In this document: positions 49,736-64,000 of the stretch, in pieces
Layout: every line of letters begins with the position of its first letter
How positions within the stretch are numbered: the first letter of the stretch is position 1
Source: Octopus sinensis
Lineage: Eukaryota
Direction of reading: 5' to 3'
Length of the DNA stretch: 64,000 nt
Assembly (NCBI RefSeq): GCF_006345805.1
Contig: NC_043000.1
Span: 68,758,001 to 68,822,000, forward strand
Notes under the pieces: model-generated
Database searches by the model: none
What the model was told of the DNA's origin: nothing
The model's input: the letters and a program-made list of their open reading frames with translations, nothing else
Program-made: the position numbers and the translations under genes

Positions 49736-51247
49736 AGATAACTTGAGTAGACCAATAATATGTTGAAAGGAGAATGTACTGAATAGGAACGACAAAAAAT
49801 TCCCAATAAATTGAAATTTCTTTTAGCTAGTAAAAGAAGCAAAAACCTAGCCAAGCAAAATGTGTTCCTTGTTTGCAGATGGGAAAGAGGACAACTGTGT
49901 ACCTGTTTCAATCATATTTAACCTCACCAGTAATATAGTCTACTCAACTCTGTGTTAACATTAGCTTTTACTAATAAAAAAAAATGTTACAAACATTTTT
50001 TGCATCCCTCATTTTGTACACCACTCCTGACTGAGTAAATTGATAGCACAGAAAGTGCATATGAATATATATGATAAACTTCAAAACACTGTTTCAGATT
50101 TCTCAGATAAACTCTTCTTGTACTATACATAGTTACTGAATGGTAATATCATTTATTCAGTCATCTCTAATGTTGTATCCAATTTGGTATTTTGTAAAAT
50201 ATGAGAGAATTAGGTATACTCAGACAACAGTTATCTAGATGGGAAACTGTCAGGGAGTATTTTGTTCAGATAACTAATCTGATCATAAAGAAAGCCATAT
50301 TGAATGTAGATTCTTAAATAGGAAAAAAAAAAAGAAACATATTTCCAGAGTTTTTGTCATTCAACTGATAAAGTGTGGAGCTCTTGTGCTGTTTTTAATA
50401 CCTTTTTCACTACAATCCAGACACTGTAAAATCTTTTTTCCATTTGTTTGTCAATGGTGTTTGATTTCTCTTCACAAAGATGATAACAGTAACAAACTTT
50501 AATTCTTGTAACAGATGGGTATTCTGGAAAAAGTCATTGAGTGAGTGTAAAATACTACTGATTTTGCCATACCCTTAAATCCTTTAGCATGTCAGTCATT
50601 TTCTTTGTTAGAGCAATCATCACATAGTATTTCTGACAGCTGCAGACAGAAAGTGCAGTTGTCACAACAATATCAGTAACAACTCTTTGATGTAGTGTTT
50701 TTCCATGTTCTTCAGAAATTCAAATTTATTTTAATCATTGTAAGCAAATGACAAAATGGTAGAACTAGTATTGTTTGGGAGTTCAAACTATACACAGTAT
50801 GGCCAATATGATCTCAATTTAGTTAATTGATATTTGGATAACCATGGTTTTACTATATATGAACTTCTAAAGAGGGAAACTAAACTCTGCTGCACATTTT
50901 TGAAATAGCCATATAACTTGAAAGAAAAGAGTTAGAGAATTATTTTTCATTAGGAAAAATGCATTGACAGGCTCTAAACTTTTCATAGTTTATGAATTGG
51001 ATTATTAATTTATATTACAGAGGTTCACATTAATTCTTATACTTAATAAAGAATACATTTTGCTTTATTTAAAACTCACTTAAATCAGCTGTTTAACTTT
51101 GGGATAAAAAAATTAAATGTAATAACATTTAATTTTTTAATGCCAACCTTTTGGGTTTCCTCTTGTAAACAGAATTTATTCAGATACTAAGAGAAGTATT
51201 TGTATTTATTAAGTGCATACTGTAGTTGGTCTGTAGGTTTATTATTT

Positions 51248-51420
51248 GTAAAAAGCACCCACTACACTCACGGAGTGGTTGGCATTAGGAAGGACATCCA
51301 GCTGTAGAAACACTGCCAGATCAGACTGGAGCCTGGTGCAGCCTCCTGGTTTCCCAGACCCCAGTTGAACCATCCAACCCATGCTAGTATGGAAAACAGA
51401 CGTTAAACGATGATGATGAC
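51248..51420 (+). mobile_element. RTE 3' tail fragment
   Basis: gtaaaaagcacccactacactcacggagtggttggc...cgttaaacgatgatgatg. Confidence 0.85.
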
Positions 51421-53412
51421 TGCACTCTCTAAATGTGGGAGGTAATCTCCATTTTGTGACTAACCACTTAGCTTTCACTGATTAACTGTATCATTTCTAC
51501 CATGGTTGAAGTTATAAGACTATAAATATAATACAGTTAAATTTTTAACCACTATAAAATGAAGAAGCTGGATTAAATGTTTAATTTATTATCAGTTTTA
51601 TTGCTATCTTTATTTATCATTTACATGTAAAGCTTATATTAGCTTTACACATTGAAAGTGGATTCAGTTTTTAATTAGTAAATCTTATTTACGTTAAGTT
51701 GGAAAATATATATTTTCAAGATAAAAAGTATCAAAATTTCTTTTTGTATCCCTATAGTATTTCCTCTTGTTATTCATATTGATATATAATCATTTTATTT
51801 TAAGCAATAACAATTTCACATATTTCTGAACCAAAAATAAGTTATGACGCATTTCTATATTCTTATGTTTTATTTGGTGCAGCGAAGATCATCACATGTT
51901 ATTTTAAAAAGCAAGTTTCAATTATGAGAGGAAATGTTGGCTTACTGATAAATTTCAATTTCTGATGGGGAAAAAAAAATCTTTTGTGTCAGCTTTTTTT
52001 AAAAATTGCAACATAAATTTAGAAGAAACTATTTTTCATAAATAAATCTGTGCTAAAATAATACTCTTTCCATCAATCATGACAGCCAACTTGTTTGTGA
52101 GTGGTATATTGATTTAGCTATTTAGTTTAATTTTAAAATCTAGCCCTAGAAGCAATTTAATACCTGAATAAAATGCATTGCTGCACTCCATTCAATGTTG
52201 TGGGTTTTGAAGAAGGAATGTTCCAAATTGATTGCCATGCTAAAATTTTAACCTGAAATGCAGATGTATAATTTGTATTATTTATATAGTTATACTTTAC
52301 AGTAAACAACCTCCTCCAAAATAGGGGTGGGGAGATGTTTTTTAATAATTTAGCTGTCTGTTGGTTAATTTTGTGCCATATTAGTTATTAGGAAACAAAG
52401 TGAATCAAATTGTGTTAAATCATTTAATGTAGTAATTTTATGTTGACTGAGTTTTAAAGAAATACTGAAATTATCTGTAATCATAACTGCAATTGATTGG
52501 AAAAATTGAAAACTATAGATGCTTCCAAACGAAACTGAGCTGAAACTATTTTTTAATATTTTATCCTACCAATTTCAAAGCTCAAAAATAGTACTGATAT
52601 TTTTTTTTTTGTAGAGTCTATAGTTTTCTTTTTATAGACTTACATAATTAGCTCTAATATTTCATTTCCTTATTTCATCATTACATTATTGCTGAGTGTG
52701 TTTTTGTTAGGTTTTTAAACTTATAGGATTTCTTTTCTTGTACTGAAGCCATAAATAGTGAATTTGTTTGTAGCACTCTCTATTAATAGTATAGGAATTA
52801 AGTAACATTTTTGAACTCAGCACAGATCATTCAAAAACAACAAATCCTGTTCAATTATCTGTTTTCCGGTTGACGTCATGATACTGAAACTAAAACCTTG
52901 GGGGTCTTGACTTTACAAGTATGATAGTTAATTTATACTTTTTAACTAACAACACATTTTGTATTAAAATTCTTTTAAAAGAATGATGCTAATTAGAAAG
53001 GTTGCTTGACTAATTGAATAATCACAAATCTGATAGGAGCTAATTAGTGCTGCTTGTTGAATATTGCTTTTTACCACTTATAGAATAAATAGTTGAATTA
53101 TTTACCTAATTAACTTTTAAATCATTGGCTAGCAAATTAGTTTCCATAAACAGATTGTTGCAGGAACTAAGTGGGGAATGGTTACCAAGAAAAGCATTTT
53201 TAATCCCTGTCATGAATAATAAAACTAGTAATATAAACAGTTATTTTTTCACATCCATATTTCTATGCTTGCATGGATTAGATGGATATATTATTGAGAC
53301 ATTGTTTTACAGCCAGATGCCCTTCTTGTCATTACCCTAACCTGTTTTTAAAGTAAAGAATCTATTATTTGTTATGGCTTTGAATGCACAAAACAAGCAA
53401 GAACTACACACA

Positions 53413-53869
53413 TAGGCATGCCTGTGTGCTTAAGAAGCTTGTTCCCCAACCACTTGGCTTTGAGTTCAATTCCACTGCATGGCACCTTGGGCTAGTGTCA
53501 TCTACTATAGTCCTGGATCAACCTGAAAGAAGCCTGTCATATACATACATATAGAGCTTTCCTCTTGTAGCTGTTTCAGCCATTGGACTGCAGTCATGCT
53601 AGGGTACTGTCTCGAAGGGGCTTTAGTTGAACTAATCAACCTCAGTACTTATTTTTCTGAAGCCTGGTACTTATTCTATCAGCCTCTTTTTTTTTAACTG
53701 CCAAGTTACGAGTATGTAAACAAAACCAACATCAGTTGTCAAGCAGTGGTGTTGGAAACACATACACATGCATACGCACACATTTCTGGCTACCAAATCT
53801 ACTCTGAACCTGGAACCATGCGGTTGGGAAGCAAACATCTTACCACATAGTTATGCCTACACAGACAGG

Positions 53870-53900
<31 letters not shown>

Positions 53901-54240
53901 ATATATGATTGTAAATTTGCATCACTGTCATACAAGTGATATTCATTTTCAGTCTTTCATGTAAAACATGTCTGGTAACATGGAAAAATAGTACCTTGCA
54001 TGGAAACAAGTGTAAGTTGGTGATAGGACAGGCATCTGGCTGTAGAAAATTTGCCTCAACAAATTTCATCTGACTCCCGCAAGCATGGAAAAGTGAAATA
54101 ATTATGATAATGTATAAAATGTCTTTTCAGTTTCTGTCAACCAAATCCGCTCACACAGTTTAGGTTGGCCCAAGGTTGTTGTAGAAGACATTTGACTATG
54201 GTGCAAAGAAAACTTCTTACCCACACAGCCTTGCCTACAT
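53413..54240. mobile_element. Cluster of decayed SINE and RTE-tail-like fragments
   Basis: Family A head at 53414 (+), body fragments (-) at 53570-53860 and 54125-54235, and a (GAT)-tailed piece at ~53920-54110. Confidence 0.65.
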
Positions 54241-55600
54241 TATAATGCTCTATAAATAACTTGCCAGTCATAAAAATGTTGTTAACTAATCAGATTATAT
54301 ATTTAAGCATTCTGATGAACATTTGAGAAAATTTGATTGGTTTTCCACTTACTCTTAATAAATTGCTAAATTTGTGACATAGTTCTTTCAGTTTTCTTGA
54401 AATATGTTTAGCTTCCTGTTTTCCTTTAAGAATAACCTCATCTTACAATGTAATAGAGATCTGAATGGCAATTATTATTAAAAAAAAATTTATGACTCTG
54501 TTACTAAATGTTACATTTTTACATGGATAATTTTCCATTAAAAAATATAATAATTGTGGCCAGTATAAAAGATTAATATCAGCATTTATATACCCTCAGT
54601 TGAAGGAGGGGGCCAGTCTACATTTTCAAGTTGTAACATAATACAAAGACTGAAAGTCAGTATACATGTATAACATCTGAAATCAACATGAATGAGCAAG
54701 TTATAAACTGTATCCTGGAGTAAGAATTTAACATTGGGATTCTCAAATTACTTTTCTCCATTCAACCATTTTAGATCAGTATACATTAAGTAAGTATAAC
54801 ATTAACATAAACTTATACAATAAATTAAGTTGGGTAAAATCTTAAGATTTTCCTGCATGTATCCCTGTTTTATTTATTTGTTTAAAAGGATCAATGGAAG
54901 CTACATGGGTTTTATAGATAATATCTATTTTTTTTAATTCATCAACTCAAATATTAATCCTTTTTTTTACCACATTGCCACAGAAATACACTGCTTTTTT
55001 AATAAAGAATTTAGTAAAATTAATTCTATCACAATTAGTTGGTCATTCAAAACATAAGCTATCATGGAATTTTGCAGTCAGGTTTTACTTCAGATCATTT
55101 TGAAAAGGGGAAGTTTATATTATAGAATCATGGTCTTTCTCAGGTTAGTTGGTATCAAAAGGACTAATACACATATTTTATGCATAGAGAAATCTGTTGT
55201 AAATTGTGTTCTGTCAAAATTTGAGCTAGAAACGTTAATACTATATTACATTTAATCTGGCACTCTGCTCTCTTTGCCATTGGTTCTTCAAGTCACAAAT
55301 AATTCCATGAGCATCATTTATATTCAAACGTTGAGAGAAATTTTAGATTTTTATCATTTGTGAAGCATCTCACTTTCTTACTTTAGATTGTTCATTGACT
55401 AAACAGTTACTGTTCAAAGTATCAAAGCATGTTTCATATCTTCTCTTTTTCATATCAGCAACAAGTTTTACTTGTTTTTTACTAATGTTTATTCTAAATT
55501 TTATCCTGAATTAATCCTCTTTTTTATCTCAGTGTAGTACAAACCATTTTTATGGTTGAGATACCTTTTTAAAATATACATTCAGCTTTGTACTCAATAT

Positions 55601-55796
55601 ATTCTTTTCTACTCTAGGCACAAGGCCCAAAATTTTGGGGGAGGGGACCAGTTGATTAGGGAGACCCCAGTATGCAACTGGTACTTAATTTATCAACCAT
55701 GAAAGGATGAAAGGCAAAGTCGGCCTCAGTGGAATTTGAACTCAGAGCGTGAAGACAGACGAAATACCGCTAACATTTCTGTCAGCTCACTGCCTT
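55601..55796 (-). mobile_element. Family B tRNA-derived SINE
   Basis: attcttttctactctaggcacaaggccc...gaatttgaactcag...gctcactgcc; B-box-like gagttcaaattcc on the minus strand. Confidence 0.8.
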
Positions 55797-57770
55797 ACTG
55801 TACTCTATATATTACAAGTGCAAATACATGCTTCATTACACACATATGCCTATGTTACTATTTCTCGATAGTAATAATTATAATAACAGATACAAGGAAA
55901 GCTCGATGGACTTCCTCGTGACCTCTCCACTTCTGACACTAATTTATAAATTAATTACTATTTGTTAGAATTGAATTATATCTTCAATTATTTCCTGTAA
56001 AAGCCCATTGTATACAACAGGTGAGTTATATCTCCTGTGTTTTTACAATCTACTTAGATCATACTGAAAAGTTGTATATGAGTGCCTTGGGTTGAAGAAA
56101 CTTAAAACCTTTTTCATTTATTTCCTTTTTAACTAAACCATGCCTAAAGGAAGAGGTTACCACCATCCTGTATTCTATAAACTGAATGAAAAGAAAGGAA
56201 GAGCTAAACATCTTATATTAAGAATTTTTATAAGAAACTATTCCTTGGATAATAATATCATGTATTATACGATTGTCTGTAGCAGGTGCCATGTATAGGC
56301 ATTATGTGTTTGCCTATTGATACTCTTCCACTAATAATAGAATTGAAAGATGGTACAATTTTTATATATACAAAATCAGCATTGTAAAAACTTAAAATTA
56401 GTTTTTTTAGAAAAATGCATTTTTACTCCCCCTTTTTTTTATACCTGAACTATGAAATGTGTTTGGTGATTTTCTTTTGTACTTTACCTTAAAGCAATAA
56501 GATTACTTTAGACATTGAAGAGATTCTAAAACTAGTTGAGTTTATACCTCAGTAAAACATTGTAATATAATGCTGCAGAGACTTCCTGTTGATCTTTACC
56601 TTAGGTTAACTCTATGTTAACCTAAAAAGAAAACCTCTATGTTATCACTTAACCTACTAGAAATAGCAACCAAGTCTCCTTCAAATGACGTGTATTCAGA
56701 ATAATGTATCCTTGAATACAATATACCTTTAAAAAAAAAAAAAGACTGGATGATCATGGCTCCAACTTCTTTGATTATAAGATTGCTGAATCAGGACTGA
56801 CCTAGAGCTAAACAAGTAGATGTATGTTTAAAAGTACTACAGCCATGTAATGAAATGCATGATAAGTGCTATAAATCAATAGATCAACAGGAGTTGGAGA
56901 AACTTTGAATAATTTCTCATGCCATATGTATTAAGCAAGTCAACGGAATAGGGCTTATATCCTTCTCTAATCTGAATCTAAAGGCAGAGTTCATCTTACA
57001 ACTGTAAGCTGTTGAAATACTCATCAAATCTGTAATGCTGCTGCTGTTTCACTAGATTTTAATTCTCTGGAACAGTTTGGCCAAAGATGCAAAGCACTGA
57101 TACCTACTGTGTGTATGCAAGTATATATAAATATGTTTCTGTGTGTGTGTTAGTGAGTGAGTGAGTGTGTGTAAGTATACTTACAAATGTGTATAAATAA
57201 ATGCACGTATACAATTGTATGTGTGTGCATGTAGATCTCATCTTTATTATCATTATAATCATTTTAAAACTCTCTTTCTATGCTGACATAGGTCAGTTAC
57301 TGTTAAACAGAATTCATTACATTAGAGGACCATGTCTTGCTCTAGTGTTACTGTTTTGGTATGGTGTTGTGCTTTATTCATGGCACAAACACAGATGAGA
57401 TTGCCTTGTAATTTGCAAGATTAACAAACTTGCCTGAGAGGAAGAATTGGAGATAGGATGGTTGCTTTATGTGTGATGGGAAAAATAGGAACAAATAGGT
57501 TTGTTGTGGAGGAAATTCATGACTACTTTGCATTTCACATGGTTGGGTGGCATGGGTATCTCCTCATTAAGAGAGGTAAATATGGTGGTGACAAGATGCC
57601 AGAACACACCCTTAAGGTAACATGTCTAAAAAGTGAAGAGAAGGGAGCATGGAAACAGGAGAACCACATTGCAAGAGTGTGAGGAGAGAATGAGAAGTGG
57701 ATATAAGCATGGAGTGGAAATGGTCATATGTATATAAACAGTGAGTGTAGTGGATGGTGAATAGAATTAA

Positions 57771-58835
57771 CCCTTTCGTTACTATATTTCTGACCAAAAT
57801 ACACCCCTTATATGTTTCAATTAATTTCTAACGTAATCATAAATTTAGTCTGGTTTCATTAAACAACTATAACTTTTTTATTTATCAATATATTAACGTG
57901 AATTTTGGAAGATAATTTAATGAAATGTTCTCAACCAATTCTATACTATAATTTTTGTCACAAAGTGACTCTAATTGCAGATAGATACAGGTAAATTCAA
58001 CAAAATATAAAATTATTAAAATTTTGTTCAAACATCGCTATAGAAAATGGGTTATTAGCTAATATTCAATTGGGTATACAACAAAATTTTACGATAGAAT
58101 TTGTTATTCTGGGTAACTTTCTGATACCCATAATAATATTTATGGCAAAATAGTCTTAATTTCATTTAAGGTTATGGGAAACCACTTTCTTTCGTTTTGT
58201 TTACATTTAGCATAACGGTTCATTTCCGCCATAATGATTTCAAATAGGCTCATTCGAAAAAGTAAAAAGAAATAGTCTAAGGCTTTACTCTTCTGAGAAA
58301 GTCTGTGGTTTGGTCCAGTTTCTTCAGAAAAATCACCGAAAGAAACAGTTTTTAAATTTTCACTCTATTCTGGTGCCAATTCATTTTCTTTATCGCTGTC
58401 GGAGCTCTCGGATTCACTGTTTTCACTTTCGGAAAATGAAACATCAGATTCATTATCAAATACCACATGCTTTTTTTTTTCAGTCATAGTTAGATTTATG
58501 AAGGTCTTCAGTAGAAAATCCTTCGAATTCTGACTCGCTGCTTGATATAATGAAATTCGTATCCATTTTTTGTCAGAATTACAAATTTTGAAAACACAAT
58601 AGGAACAAATTTCGGAAAAAAATCTCCCAAAATTCACGGAATTAAAATTACACTTCGATTTTTGTACAAAACTGTAGTTGAACTGTTTACGAAGTATAAT
58701 ACGTATTTTCACGAATGTACTAAAGAGATTTGCTCTGATATTCTCATTTAAATATGAATAGGTAAATTCGGGCGGTTTTGGGCAGCTTGGTCACATTAAC
58801 CAAAACTTTTTTCGGGCGGTTTGGTAACGAAAGGG
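57771..58835 (-). mobile_element. Internally deleted non-autonomous piggyBac, copy 2 (inverted relative to copy 1)
   Basis: TTAA-ccctttcgttac...gtaacgaaaggg-TTAA; near-identical to 33292-34368, including the deletion junction. Confidence 0.93.
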
Positions 58836-58935
58836 TTAAGGAAGACCAGTAGTAGTTATGAATGGAGCACAATAAGAAGCATGGCAGATGTTTATTGGTA
58901 CTAACTAAGAGGAAAGCGAGTGATAATTGGAAGTA

Positions 58936-59215
58936 CATCATCATCATCGTTTAATGTCCATTTTCCTTGCAAGCATGGGTTGGATGGTTGACAAGAGCTG
59001 GCCGGGTAGAAAAACTACCCTAAGCTACTGTTTTGGCAGGGATTTTACGGCTGGATGCCTTTCCTAACACCAACCACTCTGCAGAATGGACTCAGTGTTT
59101 TTTATGTGGCACTAGCACAGGTGAGGTTAGTTTTGGTGTGATATTTGCAGCTGGATGCCCTTCTAAGTGCCAACCATGTTACAGTGTTTACTGGATGCTT
59201 TTAACGTGGCACCAG
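58936..59215 (-). mobile_element. RTE 3' tail fragment
   Basis: catcatcatcatcgtttaatgtcc...ggctggatgcctttcctaacaccaaccactc. Confidence 0.75.
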
Positions 59216-59243
59216 AATGGTTTATAGTAACAGGCTCTGTGTA

Positions 59244-59525
59244 TATGAGGAAGGTCAACTGAAAAGTTCATAGGCAGACCAAGATACTCTCATGGAATAT
59301 AACCAAATTAAGCTTATTTTTCAACATATTCCCTCTTGCAGTCCACACACTCCTTCCATTGGTGCTGCATTGCTTGAATCCCATTAGTGAAGAAGCTTTC
59401 ATCCTGTTGCTTTAAAAGTCATCAACAACAGCTATAATGTCATCTCTGCAATACTGGTTCCTATCCAAGTGTTTTTAATGTCGGAGGACAGTTGATAGTG
59501 AGATGGAACCAAATCAGGAGAATAG
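59244..59525 (-). mobile_element. Mariner transposon 3' end remnant
   Basis: TIR-like tatgagg..gtcaactgaaaagttc; minus strand encodes QQDESFFTNGIQAMQHQWKECVDCKREYVEK*, a typical mariner C-terminus. Confidence 0.75.
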
Positions 59526-60689
59526 GGAGGGTTCTTTTCTCTTCCTCTCTCTCTCTCTCTCTCAGAAACAACTACATTGCATTATAAGAAGTTATGGCAG
59601 AGAAGGTGGGGGTGGGGGTCTACTCTTAGTGTCTCTCCAGAAATTGAGCAGAGCTGACCAAGGGACAATATGCTACAAAAACTAGCTGAGGATAGACCAA
59701 TGTGCAATACAGGGTAGAACATAAGTAACACCAGCATGAGATCACTACATTAGCTCTTTCCTAGATTGCTGGGAAAACAGCAATTAATGAGGATCAAACT
59801 AAAACAGCTAGTAAAAACAGAATGGAGTGACTATGATAATTAGTTGGTCAAGACACCAAAATATATCCTGAAACCATGCACAAGATATAAGCAGGGTGGG
59901 TTATACATGTGTGCAAAAATGCAAATGAATCTGTGGCATATGTGCTAGCTGCAAATGAGTTCTTCATCTGTATACATGTCTGTTGAATGCAAGTGATTCT
60001 GCAAGTTATAGGTGATAGACTAGGTAAATTATGTTTAAACAGTTAAAAAGTTGGAATGTTTAATTTCAAAGAAAAACTGAAACAAAAATATAAACTATTT
60101 CTATACTAGTAATTATTAATAAAATAGAAAAATGAAGTGTGTTTGAATAAATCAGGCATTTTGACCATAATTGTACTGATCTTTGTGTTTATTTATTCTT
60201 GAAGTCTGTTGAGCCATTCTGTTATGTTGCCATTGATTTGGTCAATGTTCTGCATGCTGCAGTACTATTAACTATTGGAATTTCTAGCTGAAATGAAATG
60301 GATATTCTGGTGAAAGTTGAATTCAAATTGTAAAAAACAGCTAGCTGGATTGGTAGCCAGAAGGCTCATAAAAGGAGCTGGATTGGTAGCCAGAAGGAGC
60401 TGGCATAGTTAATGTTATCCTAGGAATAGTTGTATGTCAGTATTATAAATAAAACATGTCCAACCATATAAAAGTATGTAAATGAATGTTCTGCTGGGTT
60501 TTTTTTTGTTGTTTTTTTGGGGTTTTTTTCAGAAAATGCTTGTTGAAAAAATTTTCCAGTCACAAACTGTGGGCTGCTTTGAACATTGAACTGTCAAATC
60601 AGAAATAAATCTACTTTCTTCAAATTTTAGAATTTCACAACATTTTAGAAACTAAAAGTTTGTTCATAGATATAACAACAAAATTTGGT

Positions 60690-61225
60690 TATATCTAAAT
60701 AATTATTAGTGACACAAGCAACATTAATATCAAAAAGCAATCTTTATATCCGACTTAATGTGGTTGTATTGTTAAAGCACTGAAGATTGTATTATTTACC
60801 TTGAGAGGACCTCTTATATGGATGCATGGTACATAAAAAGCACACATTTATATTGCTAGAAGTTAAGTATCATTTGCTATGGATTTCAGAACAGCCAGAT
60901 CACATGATTTTGATGTACTCCACCTCTTTAGTGGCAGACATCTGGTAGCCACATACACCCAAATATCAGTGCCAGCAATATATGGCATTTCAGCAACTGT
61001 TTAGGCTCTGATGTCACAAATAGCAAACAAACTTATTAAGAAATGATTATTTACAACAGAAGCAGTATTAATACCAAAAAGCAATCATACATCCTTATGA
61101 GAGGCCTTCTCAAGGTAAATAATCCAGTATTCAGTGCTATAACAATACATCTACATTAAGTTGGATATAAATATTGTCTATATTCTCAATAGTGATGTGA
61201 TTTATTATTGTTATTTTATATAACT
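60690..61225. repeat. Degenerate foldback / long inverted repeat (MITE-like)
   Basis: 60743-60824 matches the reverse complement of 61090-61171, with weaker matches inward and outward. Confidence 0.75.
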
Positions 61226-61339
61226 TTGTAAACATCCAAATGAAATACAGTTTAAAATTTACTAGACTCTTCCAGAGTTTGCTTAATATTGATTATGTTT
61301 GCCCATAATTGAAATAGAATTTGTTTTGTACAGAAGGGG

Positions 61340-62560
61340 AAAATGTAAGCAAATTCTTAATTGCTTTTCATACCTTAATGACAAGACTGTCAACAGTGTC
61401 ATACATGTAACATGTCAAATAATGGAAATGAAATAAGAAACCAACTAACTGACCACAATCACAATTACACACCATATCCAGCATGCTTTGAAGTGGAAAA
61501 AGTAGTATCTAGAATGCTAGGAAGAGCTACTATCTCAGATGAACAGACATCAATTATCATTCAAAGTATGCCTCTGAGCTTTTCAATAGAAGCTGCTTAG
61601 CTGCTGGTATTCTTAAAAAACAATATAGCCTTTATGCAAATGATTTAATGAAAGCATCATGATCTTGAAGGTTGATGGTTTCATAGATAAACTACATGTT
61701 ACATGATTCCAGAAGAATTTTATTGAATGAAGATTATGACTACGGTCATTATAGTTTTACATACCAAAGAAATCTAGACTTGCTTGCTGAAAATTGTAGC
61801 TGGTTCAGTAATGAAACATTTAATGTTGTTCCATCTGTTTATTAGTTATATATCATTCATGATCTGATAAATGGCTTCCACACTATTCCTTTGGTTTATA
61901 GTGTTGCATATGATAAATCTCATGCAGCCTACAGAGAAATCCTTTGAATTATAAGGAAACAAAAAGCTTAGATTTCACCTGAGATAGTGATCTTTGACTT
62001 TGAAATTGCTATATTTAATGTTTGTGATTAACTTCTCTACCTACATCAGAGATTTTGGGATATTTTTTCTTATTTCAGACAGTGTTGATTTAAAATCCCA
62101 AACATGCTTTGCTAATAAAATCTTTTCAAGCTCAAGCTTCCAGCTGATGCTGTATGACAATTTGCAGAACTTAGAATTTTCAGTGTTGATGATAAGTGAC
62201 TGCTTGAAAGTTATTGGCTATTTTGAAACTATATGATTATGTCTGCACAATGTGGAAGATACCAAAATTTCCCAATACAGTATTGTTCAAATATGTAAAA
62301 ACATGAGCAAAACAACTTGCTACATAGTAATACTCAAACATTGTGTAATTACTCATCCTACATTATGTAGACATGAAAAAAATTAAATGCAAAGTGCAAA
62401 TGTATTATTATTGAGCAGCTACTTGGCTATATATGGTCTGCCAAGAAAAAGACATGCTACAGTGATCCAATGCTTAAAGAACATTGTAACTAGATATCAT
62501 GCCCTTAATGATCATATAATTATCAGTAATCTATAGCACAAATGGTACAGTTAGAAATTT
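61340..62560 (+). mobile_element. Decayed MULE (Mutator-like) transposase
   Basis: HNH..PYPACFEVEKV, NLDLLAENCSWFSNETFNVVP (cf. W..DGTF..VP), LYIIH, PLVY, IVIFDFEIA, HPTL motifs in the correct order with many stops. Confidence 0.75.
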
Positions 62561-64000
62561 TATAAGTTGTTAGTTTTATAATTAAATCTTTAGTTCAAAA
62601 TTCTGTTTTTATGTTATACTTTAAAAAATTAATCTACAAACCTATGAAAAGTTGTTTAGAAAAAAAAATCATTTGATGAACTGGTGTGGCAAGCGAATAT
62701 CAGTATGTGTATGTAGGTGTATACAAATTTGTACATATATATATATAGATAGATAGATAGATTTGGTGATGCAAACAGGAAAATAGAACTTAAAACGTGT
62801 GTGTGTGTTATTACTATTTTTAATTTTATTATTATTAATGATAATAATCTTTAGAAGTTACTGACTTACCTAATAAACAGATTTTTCACAATGTATCCCA
62901 ATATTACAATGAAGCCTTTGCCAGAAGTTTTAAGGATGAAATGTATAACATAGCAATACTTACCTCCCAGCTCCAATAAAAACACTTGGCTCAAATCTTG
63001 GTTCCTAAGGAAGTATTTCATATGAAACCATAAATATTACCTGGTAACAATATTGTCATCCTTTCATATACAGCTACCCCAAATTTTGACTTATTATAAA
63101 CACTTCTAAACTTAGTGACTAAAACAAAACTTAACTATGCAACTGCCCTAATCCCAGCAACTATCCTTCAGGATCTTGCTGCACAGCTAATGATATTGTA
63201 TACTAATGTTTAGTTACCATCAAAAGCTTGTGTCAGCATGACCTTACACACATTTAAATCAAAGTTTTATTTATACACTCATTCCTTTCAAAACCAGACA
63301 GACTTCTCTGGTTTTATACATTTGATCTTTAAAGGATTATTCAACACCTTAAATGGTACATAGGTTTCAGAACCAAAGAATAAAGTTGGTCATCTTTCCA
63401 CTCTGCTAACAATGGCCTATATTTTTCCATGCTTTAATTAGCTTGTGTTCCTTTACATTATTCTTTTATTTCTTTATTCATAAGTTATTACATATTCTTA
63501 ATTCATCTCCTAGCTAATAGTTTTTCATCTCATTCATTAATTATTGTAAATTCATCACCACTATCTCTGTATTGATGCCAAAAATCATTAGCATTATTTT
63601 GTTTTGACTTTGATTTGGTTACTATTTTCACCAACTTAATCCACATTTCATCTTTCAGTCATTGTACTCACTCTTCTGAAGAATATTAAGTTATTCGTTA
63701 ACTTCACAGTGAGAGACCCCTCAGGAGGTTAGCATGTGGTGTTAGATTTGGTTTTAAACACTAACATCTTTATATTATTATAGTAAAGTGTAGAGAGAGT
63801 ATTTCTGCCTTCATTATGTTGCTATTGAGTAAATAAATGTGTGTTGTGAAGGCTTGATAGCAAAAAATGTTATTATAGTAATGTTCGCAGGAACTTTAAA
63901 TGTCCTGACATAAATTATGTCCAGGTTAAAAAAAAGATACCAGTTCATCAGTTACCAGAAAATGGGTTATGTATGTGTATGTGTGTAGAGGGGTAGCTGA

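Noticed and set aside
60343-60397. 22-bp direct repeat agctggattggtagccagaagg
   Set aside because: Simple local duplication with no further structure.

Overview
AT-rich eukaryotic genomic DNA, very probably cephalopod (Octopus-like, inferred from the SINE families, RTE 3' tails and dense (TA)n/(CA)n tracts). I found no host protein-coding exon I can support. The window is mostly transposable-element debris, often nested: three Neptune-type Penelope-like elements, RTE, CR1/L2 and L1/Tx1 LINE fragments, Tc1/mariner, piggyBac, hAT, MULE and Helitron/Helentron-type DNA elements, and several SINE families. Three observations stand out. (1) Four ~1.3-1.9 kb retroelements encode only a Tx1/L1-like ORF1 with a zinc knuckle and no RT. 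Three are stacked at one repeated target motif (GGACGTTGGTGT) inside a Helentron-type element, and a distant relative sits inside a SINE head with a 10-bp TSD. (2) The Penelope termini carry hammerhead-ribozyme motifs with non-canonical cores; one is supported by covariation between copies, another by a copy that starts exactly at the predicted cleavage site. (3) Repeats shift from CpG-retaining to CpG-decayed at about 30-33 kb, suggesting a methylation-domain boundary. Many frameshifts could be assembly errors rather than real decay. All family assignments come from motif recognition, without database searches.
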